Below are positions 1-10,898 of a stretch of DNA of 64,000 bases, piece after piece. The DNA is from Hemiscyllium ocellatum (lineage: Eukaryota): NCBI RefSeq assembly GCF_020745735.1, contig NC_083410.1, positions 4,562,117 through 4,626,116 on the forward strand, written 5' to 3'. Below the pieces are notes generated by a model. It did no database searches and was not told the DNA's origin. It was given only the letters and a program-made list of their open reading frames with translations. The position numbers and the translations under genes are program-made. Position 1 is the first letter of the stretch, and each line of letters starts with the position of its first letter.

Positions 1-3000
1 GCGTGACCTTATAGAGGTTTATAAAATCATGGATGGAGTAAATAGCCAAGATCTTTTCTCTGGGATGGGGGAGTCCAAAACTAGAGAGCATAAGTTTAGG
101 GTGAGAGGGGAAAGATTTAAAAGTGACCTAAGGGGCAACTTTCTTTTATGCAGAGGTTGCTGTGTGTACAGAGTGAGCTGCCACAGATGGAGGCTGGTAC
201 AATTACAACATTTAAAAACCATCTGGATGGGTAAATGAATAGGAAACTTTAGAGTGATATGGGACAAATGCTGACAAATGGGACGAGATTTATTTAGGAT
301 ATCTGGTTGGCATGTTCACATTGGTCTGAAGGGAATGTTTCTGTGCTGTATATCTCTCTGACTTTATATACATTCATGAATTAGAGGAGGGAGCAGAGTG
401 CAACATATCCTGGTGACACTTCAATAGATAAGAGAGCATGGTGTAATGAGCACATAAGGAATCAGCAAGGGGATATAAATAAGGTGAGTAAGTGGGTGAA
501 ACTTTGACAAAGTATTAGGTAAATGGAGAGAGACTTGAAAAAAAGGTTCAGCACAGAAGGATCTGTGTGTTCTTAACTTGAAACACCAAGTGGTAACAAG
601 CAGGCGCAGTTCGTAATTAAGAAGACAAGTGGAATTTTGAGTTTTATAGCTAGCAGGGGCTGGAGTTTTAAAAACAGGGAAAAGTTGCTACAACTGCACA
701 GGATGTTGCTGAGGCTGCACCTGGAGTACTGTGCACAGCGTTGGCCCTTGTATGTTACAAAGGATGGACTGACACGGGAGGCTGATCAAAGAGATTCACT
801 CAACTTGTTCCTGGGATGAGGGGGTGACTAATCATTCATGGCTGCACAGGTCAGGGCTTTCTTCATGAGCATATAGAAGAATGCAGTCTGATCCTATTGA
901 GACATGAGGGAGTTTGACAGGATGGATACTGGGAAGATATTCCCACTACAGAAATCTTGAACATGGGGACAGTTTTAGAATAAGGGTCACTCATTTAAAA
1001 CTGAGATAGAAAGCAATTTCTTCTCCCAGAATGTCTGGAATTTCTAACCCAAAGGTTGAGGCAGATAGCTCAACGAAAGGATTTAAAGAGGACAGGGGAA
1101 GATTTTTGAAATATCGAGGAATTGAAGAATTAAGAAATTAGCATGAGTGAGGAATTGAGGCCTGGAGTAGACCAACCCTGATCTTATTGAACAATGGGAC
1201 AACCTTGAGGGGCTGAATGGCCTACTCCTGTTCCTATTTCTGAGGATCTTATGTCTGTGGACCTGCTTTCTTTCCTTTCTGTGTTGGTTGTGTCCCATTT
1301 GAGGAATGATTGAATTTGTGATCTTGCTACCCATGAACTCCTGGTCATTCTCCTCAAACTAGTCTTGATAATTCTTGCTGGACAGCCCCCTGGGTCTCTG
1401 CTCAGCAGCTGTTTCTGATGGATTTAGGGGTAGACCAGTTGGTGTGGACATTCTGTGGTCCCTGTTCATTCACCATCATCGCATTGACTGTGAGACATTG
1501 ACTGATTAGGTCTTCCTTCACAAAGTCCTCAAGTCCATCAATACTGTATTTCCTCTGGGAGCATTTCCGTCTTTCCTCTGACACGGTCCTTGCATTTCCT
1601 TTGGCAGTGGATCTGTATTTCCGGTGGCACTGATGGAGTCATACAGCACGAAAACAGACCCTTCAGTCCAATTCATCCATGCCGACCAAAATCCCAAATA
1701 ATTAAACTCACCTGCCTGAGCTTGGCCCATATCCCTCAAAACATTGATTATTCATATGTTTGTCCAAATGTCTTTTAAATGTTATAATTGTACCCACATT
1801 CACAACTTCCTCTGGAAGTTCATTCCACACACGGAACACTCTCTGTACAAAACAGTTGCCCCTCATGTGTTTTTTAAATCTTTCTTCTCTCACCTTAAAA
1901 ATATGCCTTTGGTGTTGATATCCTCTGCTCTAAGGGAAAAGACACCTGCCATTTCCCTTATCTATACTCATGATTTTGTAAATCTCAATAAGGTCACCCC
2001 TCAACCTCCTAAACTTCATTAAGAAAAGTACCAACCTATTCAGCCTCTCCACATAATTCAAACCCTCCATTCCTGGCAACATCCTGGAAAATCTTTTTGA
2101 ACTCTCTCCAGTTTAACAATATCCCCCTTATAACAGGGTGACCATAACTGCACATAGCATATCACAAGAGGGCTCACCAACAACCCGTATAACATCAACA
2201 TGATGTCCCGTGTCCCAATCCCATACTCAAAAATATGAGCAATGAAATCAAGTGTTCTCAATGCCTTCTTAATTATCCTGTCTATACGTGATGCAAACTT
2301 TGAAGAATTATGTGTTATCTCTGTTCCAAAGTACTGCTGAAGGCTCTAGTTTTAATTCTATAAGCCCTGACCTTGTTTGCTTTACCAAAATGCTATAGCT
2401 TGCATTATCCAAATTAAACTCAATCTGCCACTGCTCAGTCCTTTGATCCAAATTATCAAGATCTCTTTGCAATCACAGATAACCTTTCTCACCAATTTTG
2501 GTGCCATTTGCAAACTTACTGACCATGCCTTCTATATTCTCATCTAAATCATTTATTTAAAGAGGGCCCAGCATTGATTCCTGTGGATCATTAATTGTCA
2601 CAGGCATCCAATCCAAAAACAACCCCCTACCACCACTCTTTGACTCCTGCTGTTAAGCCAATTTTGTATTTAATTGGCAAGGTCACCCTGAATCCCATGT
2701 GATCTAACTTTAGTCTGTTAGTCTACCATGAAGAATCTTGACAATGCCTTCCACTCTGGCCTCATCAATCTTCTTGGTTACTTCCTCAAAAAACTGAATC
2801 AAGTTTGTGAAACTTGATTTCCCTTGCACAAAACCATGCTGACTATCCTAGTCATTCCTTACCTCTCCAAATGCATATAAATCCTACCTTTCGGAATCAT
2901 TTCCAGCAACTTACCTACCAATGGAGTCAGACTCACAGGTCTATAATTCCCAGTTTCTCCTTACATCCCTTCTTAAACAAAGGCACAACATTAGCTACTC

Positions 3001-3690
3001 TCCAGTCATCTGACTCTTCATCCATAGTTATAGATGATACAAATATATATGCAAGGGATCTGACAATTTCCTCCCCCTAACTTCCCATAATGTCCTGGCA
3101 TACACTGGATCAGGTCCTGGAGTTTATTCCGCTTTATATTTTCTAAGACCTCTAACACTTTGTCTTCTGTAATGTGAACTATAGAGTCCTACAGCACTGC
3201 GCCAGGCCCTTCGGCCCACACTGATCCATGCCGACCAAAATGTCCATCCACGCTAATCCCATTTCCCTGCAATTGGCCCATATCCTTCTAAACCTTTCTT
3301 ATCCATGTATTTATTCTTTGCCTTTTAAATTTATTAATGCACCTGCCACAACACTTCCGCTGGCAGCTCATTCCATATGCGTACTAACGTCTGTGTCAAA
3401 AATGTTGCTCCTCAAGTTCCCTTTTATTCTTTCCCTTCTAACCTTAAACAGGTGCCCTCTAGTCCTCAATTCCCCAATCCAGGAAAAAAGACTGAATGCA
3501 TTCACAATATCCATGCCTCTCATGATCTTATACTGTTCTGTAAGATTACCCTTCAGCCTTCTACGCTTTAAACAAAAAAGTCCTAGCTTATCTCACCTCT
3601 GTGTAAGACTCACGCTGTTGAGTCGTCATAAATTTCTTTTCCTGTTTAATAACATCCTTCTGAAAGTAAGGTGACCAAAACAGAACACAA
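1..3690. mobile_element. Cluster of old CR1 3'/RT fragments in both orientations
   Basis: Repeated degenerate matches to RGDLIEVYK, RVRGERFK and RPHLEYCVQFW at ~1-340, 380-1240 and 1690-3690. Confidence 0.75.
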
Positions 3691-3691
3691 T

Positions 3692-4729
3692 CACAAGGTT
3701 TGTGAAAGTTTGTAGATCAGGTTGAGGTTTAGGGTGTAGGTTTGTAGCTCAGGTTGAGGTTTAGGGTGAAGGTTTGCTCACTGAGCTGTAGGTTTGATAT
3801 CCAGATGTTTCATTACCTGGCTAGGTAACATCATCAGTGGTGACCTCCAAGTGAAGTGAAGCTGTTGTCTCCTGCTTTCTATTTATATCTTTCTCCTGGA
3901 TGGGGTTCCTGGGGTTTGTGGTGATGTCATTTCCTGTTCGTTTTTTGAGGGGTTGCTAGATGGCATCTATATCTATGTGTTTGTTTATGGCGTTGTGGTT
4001 GGAGTGCCAGGCCTCAAGGAATTCTCTGGCATGTCTTTGCTTAGCCTGTCCCAGGATAGATGTGTTGTCCCAGTTGAAATGGTGGTTTTTTTTCATCCGT
4101 GTGTAGGGCTCTGAGGGAAAGGGGGTCGTGTCTTTTTGTGGCTAGCTGGTGTTCATGTACCCTGGTGGCTAACTTTCTTCCTGTTTGTCCTATGTAGTGT
4201 TTGTAGCAGTCCTTGCATGGAATTTTATAGATGATGTTGGTTTTGTCCATGGGTTGTACTGGGTCTTTTAAGTTTGTTAGTTTTTGTTCGAGAGTGTTGG
4301 TGGTTTGTGTGCTACTAGGATTCCGAGGGGTCTTAGCAGTCTGGCTGTCATTTCTGAAACTTCTTTGATGTATGGTAAGGTGGTTAGGATTTCTGGCTGT
4401 GGTCTGTCTGCTTGTCGTGGTTTGTCCTTGAGGAATCTGCATAATGTGTTTTTTGAGTATCCATTCTTCTTGAATACATCGTATAGGTGGTTCTCCTCTG
4501 TTTTTCGAAGTTCGTCTGTGCTGCAGTGTGTGGTGGCTCGTTGGAATAGTGTTCTGATACAGCTTCATTTGTGTGTGTTGGGATGGTTGCTGGAGAAAGA
4601 TGTAAATAGAAAGCAGGAGACAACAGCTTCGCTTCACTTGGCGGTCACCACTGATGATGTTACCTAGCCAGGTAATGAAACGTCTGGATATCAAGCCTAC
4701 AGCTCAGCGAGCAAACCTACACACTACAA
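3692..4729 (-). mobile_element. Second-family Penelope-like fragment with inverted terminal segment
   Basis: GIY-YIG (NIIYKIPCKDCYKHYIGQTGR) in ORF 4041-4694; ~3770-3898 is the inverted repeat of ~4591-4720; aacacaat at both ends inside a CR1 fragment. Confidence 0.85.
4648..4687 (+). ncRNA. Minimal hammerhead motif of the second PLE family
   Basis: CCA-CTGATGA-T-GTTACC TAGCCA GGTAAT-GAAACGTC-TGG; the inverted copy at 3801-3840 has GAAACATC. Confidence 0.7.
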
Positions 4730-5539
4730 AACACAATACTCCAAGTACAACCTCATCAACATCCTGTATAATTGCAATGTAACTTCCCAATTTCTACACT
4801 CAGTGCCCTGACTGATGAAGGCCAGTGTGCCTAAAGCCTTCTTCACTGCCTTGTCTACCTGTGACTCCACTTTCAGAGAAACACTTTCAAATTCATTTTC
4901 AAACTGTTTTCAAAACATCAATGTTTGTTTCCCTGAGTTCTCTAACCTCCATTTCTTTCTCCACAGTAAAACTGATGTGAAATATTCATTTAATGTCTCT
5001 CTCATTTCCTGAGGTTCAACACAAAGATATCCTCTTTGATATTTTGGGGCCCAACTCCCTCTCCAGCTGTTCTCCTGCTCTTAATGTACTTGTAGAATCT
5101 CTTTGGATTATCTTTAACATTATTTGCTAAGATTACCTCATATTTTCTCTTGCCTTCCTGATTTCCCTCTTAAGAATGCCTCTACACTCTTTCTGATATC
5201 CAAGACTCATACAATCAAAGATGCATGGCACAGAATCAGACAATTTAGTCCATGCCTACCATATGTCCTAAATTAATCTAGGATTTGCCAGCATTTGGCT
5301 CATACCCTCCTAAACTCTTGCTCTTCATATACCCATCCAGATGCCTTTTAAGTGTTGTAATTATACCAGTCTCCACCACTTCCTCTGGCAGTTCATTCCA
5401 TACATGGACCACTGTCTGAGTGAAAAAGTTGCCCCTTAGGTCAGAATTAGAATCCCTACAGTGTGGAAACAGGCCCTTTCCCAACCCTCCAAAGAATAAC
5501 CCACCCAGACTCATTCCCCGACATTTACCGGAATAGAGA

Positions 5540-5575
5540 ATTCGACGTTTCGAGCATAAGCCCTTCATCAGGAAT
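5540..5575 (-). ncRNA. Minimal type I hammerhead ribozyme motif
   Basis: ATTC-CTGATGA-A-GGGC TTAT GCTC-GAAACGTC-GAAT: core, 4-bp stem II, palindromic ACGT stem III, 4-bp stem I. Confidence 0.75.
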
Positions 5576-7226
5576 AAGAGAGAGTAGCCAAGCAGGCTAA
5601 GATAAAAGGTAGGGAGGAGGGACTAGGGGGAGGGGCGATGGAGGTGGGATAGGTGGAAGGAGGTCAAGGTGAGGGTGATAGGCCGGAGTGGGGTGGGGGC
5701 GGAGAGGTCAGGAAGAGGATTGCAGGTTAGGAGGGCGGTGCTGAGTTGAGGGAACCGACTGAGACAAGGTGGGGGGAGGGGAAATGAGGAAACTGGAGAA
5801 ATCTGAATTCATACCTTGTGGTTGGAGGGTTCCCAGGCGGAAGATGAGGCGCTCCTCCTCCAGCCGTCGTGTTGTTATGTTCTGCCGGTGGAGGAGTCCA
5901 AGGACCTGCATGTCCTCGGTGGAGTGGGAGGGAGAGTTAAAGTGTTGAGCCACGGGGTGATTGGGTTGGTTGGTTCGGGCGGCCCAGAGGTGTTCTCTGA
6001 AGCGTTCCGCAAGTAAGCGGCCTGTCTCACCAATATAGAGGAGGCCACATCGGGTGCAGCGGATGCAATAGATGATGTGTGTGGAGGTACAGGTGAACTT
6101 GTGGCGGATATGGAAGGATCCCTTGGGGCCTTGAAGGGAAGTGAGTGTGGAGGTGTGGGCACAAGTTTTACATTTCCTGCGGTTGCAGGGGAAGGTGCCG
6201 GGGGTGGAGGTTGGGTTGGTGGGGGGTGTGGATCTGACGAGGGAGTCACGAAGGGAGTGGTCCTTGCGGAACGCTGATAGGGGAGGGGAGGGAAATATAT
6301 CCTTGGTGGTGGGGTCCGTTTGGAGGTGGCGGAAATGGCGGCGGATGATACGTTGTATGCGCAGGTTGGTGGGGTGGTAGGTGAGAACCAGTGGGGTTCT
6401 GTCTTGGTGGCGGTTGGAAGAGCGGGGCTCAAGGGCGGAGGAGCGGGAAGTGGAGGAGATGCGGTGGAGGGCATCGTCGATCACGTCTGGGGGGAATTTG
6501 CGGTCCTTGAAGAAGGAGGCCATCTGGGCTGTGCGGTGTTGGAACTGGTCCTCCTGGGAGCAGATGCGGCGGAGACGAAGGAATTGGGAATATGGGATGG
6601 CGTTTTTGCAGGGGGCAGGGGGCAGGGTGGGAGGAGGTGTAGTCCAGGTAGCTGTGGGAGTCAGTCGGTTTATAATAGATGTCTGTGTTGAGTTGGTCGC
6701 CCGAGATAGAAATGGAAAGGTCTAGGAAGGGGAGGGAGGAGTCTGAGACGGTCCAGGTGAATTTGAGGTCGGGATGGAAGGTGTTAGTAAAGTTGATGAA
6801 CTGTTCAACCTCCTCGTGGGAGCACGAGGCAGCGCCGATACAGTCATCGATGTAGCGGAGGAAAAGGTGGGGGGTGGTGCCAGTGTAGTTGCGGAAGATG
6901 GACTGTTCCACATATCCTACGAAGAGGCAGGCATAGCTGGGGCCCATGCGGGTGCCCATGGCAACTCCTTTAGTTTGGAGGAAGTGGGAGGATTGAAAAG
7001 AGAAGTTATTCAGGGTGAGGACCAGTTCAGTCAGTCGAAGGAGGGTGTCAGTGGAAGGGTACTGGTTGGTGCGGCGGGAAAGGAAGAAGCGGAGGGCTTT
7101 GGGTCCTTCGTGATGGGGGATGGAGGTGTACAGGGACTGGATGTCCATAGTGAAAATAAGGCGTTGGGGACCGGGGAAGCGAAAATCCTGGAGGAGGTGG
7201 AGGGCGTGGGTGGTGTCCCGAACGTA

Positions 7227-10200
7227 CATAGAACATAGAACATAGAAGGATACAGCGCAGTACAGGCCCTTCGGCCCTCGATGTTGCGCCGACCGAGTCC
7301 TACCTAACCTATACTAGCCCAATAACTTCCAAATGCCTATCCAATGCCCGCTTAAATGAACATAAAGAAGGAGAGTTCACCACTGATACGGGCAGGGCAT
7401 TCCATGAACTCACAACCCGCTGTGTGAAGAATCTACCCCTAACATCTGTCCTATACCTACCACCCCTTAATTTAAAGCTATGTCCCCTAGTAACACCTGA
7501 CTCCATTAGCGGTAAAAGGTTCTTAGTATCTACCCTATCTAAACCCCTAATCATCTTATACACTTCTATCAGATCTCCCCTAAACCTTCTCTTCTCCAAT
7601 GAGAACAGCCCCAAGTGCCTCAGCCTTTCCTCATACGATCTTCCTACCATTCCAGGCAACATCCTGGTAAACCTCCTCTGCACTCGTTCTAAAGCTTCCA
7701 CATCCTTCCTATAGTATGGCGACCAAAACTGCACACAATACTCCAGATGAGGCCTCACCAGAGTCTTATACAACTGCAACATGACCTCAGGACTCCGGAA
7801 CTCAATTCCTCTGCCAATAAAGCCCAGTACACCATATGCCTTCCTCACAGCACTATTTACCTGGGTGGCAACTTTCAGAGATCTGTGTACATAGACACCA
7901 AGATCCCTCTGCTCATCCACACTACCAAGTAGCCTACCATTAGCCCAGTAATCCATCATCTTGTTATTCCTACCAAAGTGAACGACTTCGCACTTAGCTA
8001 CATTGAATTCCATTTGCCACATTTCCGCCCAGCTCTGCAACTTATCTATATCCCGCTGTAACCTACCACTTCCTTCCTCACTATCCACAACTCCACCGAC
8101 TTTCGTGTCATCCGCAAACTTGCTTACCCAGCTTTCAAGTCCTTCCTCTAGATCATTTATAAAGATAACAAAAAGCAATGGTCCCAAAACAGATCCTTGT
8201 GGTACACCGCTAGTAACTGCGCTCCAAGATGAACATAATCCATCAACTACTACCCTCTGTCTCCTTCCAGCCAGCCAATTCCTAATCCAAACCTCTAATG
8301 TATCCTCAATGCCATACCTCTGAAGTTTTAGCATTAGCCTACCATGGGGAACCTTATCGAACGCCTTACTAAAATCCATATACACAACATCTACTGCTTT
8401 ACCCTCATCCACTTCCTTAGTCACCTTCTCAAAGAACTCAATAAGGTTTGTGAGGCACGACCTGCCCTTCACAAAACCATGCTGGCTATCCCTGATCACG
8501 TTATTCCTACCCAGATGTTCATAAATCTTATCCCTTACCATTCTCTCTAAGACTTTGCCCACCACTGAAGTCAGACTCACTGGCCTATAGTTACTAGGGC
8601 TATCCCTACTCCCTTTCTTGAACAATGGGACCACATTCGCTATCCTCCAGTCCTCTGGTACTATTCCCGTTGACAATGACGACATAAAAATCCAGGCCAA
8701 TGGCTCTGCTATCTCCTCCCTAGCTTCCCATAGGATCCTGGGGTAAATGCCATCAGGCCCAGGAGACTTATCTATATTCATCCTTTCCAATATTCCCAAA
8801 ACCTCTTCCCTGCATATTTCCAGGGCATCCATTCTAATTATTTGTGATTCCATATTCACATCAGCAACAGTGTCCTGTTCCTGAGTGAATACTGATGAAA
8901 AGTACTGATTTAATGTCTCTCCAATCTCCTCCGCCTCCACACACAACTTCCCACTACTATCCTTGACTGGACCGATACCTACCCTAGTCATCCTTTTATT
9001 CTTGACATACCTATAGAAAGCCTTTGGGTTTTCCCTAATCCTACCAGCTAAAGACTTTTCATGTCCCCTTCTCGCTTTTCTTAGCTCCCTCTTTAGCTCC
9101 TTCCTGGCTACCTTATAACTCTCAATCGCCCCTACTGAACCTTCACGCCTCATCTTTACATATGCCGCCTTCTTCCCTTTCACAAGGGACTCCAATTCCT
9201 TACTAAACCACGGCTGCCTCACAAGGCCCTTTTCACCATGCCTGACTGGTACATACCTATCGAGGACACGCAGTAGCTGCTCCTTGAACAATCCCCACAT
9301 CTCATTAGTGTTCTTCTCTTGAAGCCTGTTTTTCCAATCCACACAACCTAAGTCATGCCTCACTGCATCATAATTTCCCTGCCCCCAGCTATAGCTCTTG
9401 CCCTGCGGCGCACGATTATCCCTCTCCATCACTAAAGTAAAAGTCACCGAGTTGTGGTCACTGTCCCCGAAGTGCTCACCTACCTCCAAGTCTAACACCT
9501 GGCCTGGTTCATTACCTAGAACCAAATCCAATATAGCCTCCCCTCTTGTTGGCCTGTCGACATATTGTGTCAGGAAACCCTCCTGCACACATTGTACAAA
9601 CACCGACCCATCTAATGAACTCGAGCTATAGCTCTCCCAGTCAATATCTGGGAAGTTAAAGTCCCCCATAACAACCACCCTGCTACCTTCACTCTTTTCC
9701 TGAATCATCCTCGCAATATTATCCTCTACTTCTCTAGGACTATTAGGAGGCCTGTAGAAAACACCTAACAGGGTGACCTCACCTTTCCTATTTCTAACCT
9801 CAGCCCAAACTACCTCAGATGGCAAGTCCTCTTCCATCGTCCATTCCACTGCTGTGATACTGTCTTTGACAAGTAATGCCACGCCTCCCCCTTTTTTACC
9901 CCCATGTCTGATCCTACTAAAACATTTGAACCCTGGAACGTGCAACAGCCATTCTTGTCCCTGTTCTACCCACGTCTCTGTAATGGCCACAACATCGAAG
10001 TCCCAGGTACCAACCCACGCTGCAAGTTCACCTACCTTATTCCTTATACTTCTGGCATTGAAGTATACACACTTCAATCCTCCTTTCTGTTTACAGGCAC
10101 CCTCCTTAGAGATCGCTGCATTATTCCTAACCTCCCTACACTCAAGGTCCTGTACCCTAAAGCTACAGTCCTGGTTCCCATGCCCCCGCGGAGTTAGTTT

Positions 10201-10600
10201 AAACCCTCCCAAAGAGCACTAGCAAACCTCCCCCCAAGGACACTGGTGCCCCTCAGGTTCAGGTGTAGCCCATCCTTTTTATAGAGGTCCCACCTTCCCC
10301 AGAAAGGACCCCAGTTGTCCAGAAACCGGAATCCCTCCCTCCTGCACCATCCCTGTAGCCACGCATTTAACTGCTCTCTCTCCCTATTCCTTGACTCTCT
10401 ATCACGTGGCACGGGTAACAAACCAGAGACTACAACTCTGTTTGTTCTAACTCTGAGCTTCCAACCTAGCTCCCTGTAAGCCTGTCTGACATCCTCACCC
10501 TTCTTCCTACCTATATCGTTGGTGCCAACGTGGACCACGATCTGGGGCTGCTCCCCCTCCCCCTTAAGGACCCGGAAAACACGATCAGCGACATCACGTA
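7227..10600 (-). mobile_element. Young 5'-truncated CR1 (HER1-like) LINE
   Basis: (CATAGAA)n 3' tail at 7227; intact ORF2; C-terminal part of SGNH-type ORF1; bounded by acgta (7222-7226, 10596-10600); inserted within a Penelope-like RT. Confidence 0.95.
7309..10212 (-). CDS. CR1 ORF2: apurinic-like endonuclease + reverse transcriptase, 967 aa, uninterrupted
   Basis: APE motifs (NARS, ETW, GDFN, SDH) and RT motifs (YRPVSLTS, DFSKAFD, GVPQGSVLGP, FADD). Confidence 0.95.
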   Translation of the reverse strand: MGGFKLTPRGHGNQDCSFRVQDLECREVRNNAAISKEGACKQKGGLKCVYFNARSIRNKVGELAAWVGTWDFDVVAITETWVEQGQEWLLHVPGFKCFSRIRHGGKKGGGVALLVKDSITAVEWTMEEDLPSEVVWAEVRNRKGEVTLLGVFYRPPNSPREVEDNIARMIQEKSEGSRVVVMGDFNFPDIDWESYSSSSLDGSVFVQCVQEGFLTQYVDRPTRGEAILDLVLGNEPGQVLDLEVGEHFGDSDHNSVTFTLVMERDNRAPQGKSYSWGQGNYDAVRHDLGCVDWKNRLQEKNTNEMWGLFKEQLLRVLDRYVPVRHGEKGLVRQPWFSKELESLVKGKKAAYVKMRREGSVGAIESYKVARKELKRELRKARRGHEKSLAGRIRENPKAFYRYVKNKRMTRVGIGPVKDSSGKLCVEAEEIGETLNQYFSSVFTQEQDTVADVNMESQIIRMDALEICREEVLGILERMNIDKSPGPDGIYPRILWEAREEIAEPLAWIFMSSLSTGIVPEDWRIANVVPLFKKGSRDSPSNYRPVSLTSVVGKVLERMVRDKIYEHLGRNNVIRDSQHGFVKGRSCLTNLIEFFEKVTKEVDEGKAVDVVYMDFSKAFDKVPHGRLMLKLQRYGIEDTLEVWIRNWLAGRRQRVVVDGLCSSWSAVTSGVPQGSVLGPLLFVIFINDLEEGLESWVSKFADDTKVGGVVDSEEGSGRLQRDIDKLQSWAEMWQMEFNVAKCEVVHFGRNNKMMDYWANGRLLGSVDEQRDLGVYVHRSLKVATQVNSAVRKAYGVLGFIGRGIEFRSPEVMLQLYKTLVRPHLEYCVQFWSPYYRKDVEALERVQRRFTRMLPGMVGRSYEERLRHLGLFSLEKRRFRGDLIEVYKMIRGLDRVDTKNLLPLMESGVTRGHSFKLRGGRYRTDVRGRFFTQRVVSSWNALPVSVVNSPSLCSFKRALDRHLEVIGLV

Positions 10601-10898
10601 GGTGGGGAGTTCTTGGACTAAAGGGGACAGGACCGTGTCGAGGTATTGGGAGAGAGTTCGGTGGGGCAGGAGCAGGCTGAGACAATGGGTCGGCCGGGGC
10701 AGGCAGGTTTGTGGATTTTGGGCAGGAGGTAGAAACGGGTGGTGCGGGGTTGTGGGACTATGAGGTTGGAGGCGGTGGATGGGAGATCCCCTGAGGTGAT
10801 GAGGTCCTGGATGGTCTGGGAGATGATGGTTTGGTGGTGGGAGGTGGGGTCGTGGTCAAGGGGGCGATAAGAGGAGGCGTCCGCGAGCTGGCGTTTGG

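Larger units (their letters stand above)
5530..10898 (-). mobile_element. Penelope-like element, left arm of a head-to-head pair (interrupted by CR1 at 7227-10600)
   Basis: RT (GVAMGT, YIDD) and GIY-YIG (IYCIRC..CGLLYIGETGR) frames at 5708-7229; the sequence resumes at 10601 exactly where it broke off. Confidence 0.92.

Noticed and set aside
3720-3770. TTTAGGG-like motifs as interstitial telomere repeats
   Set aside because: Only two copies, embedded in a ~30-bp duplicated PLE tail.
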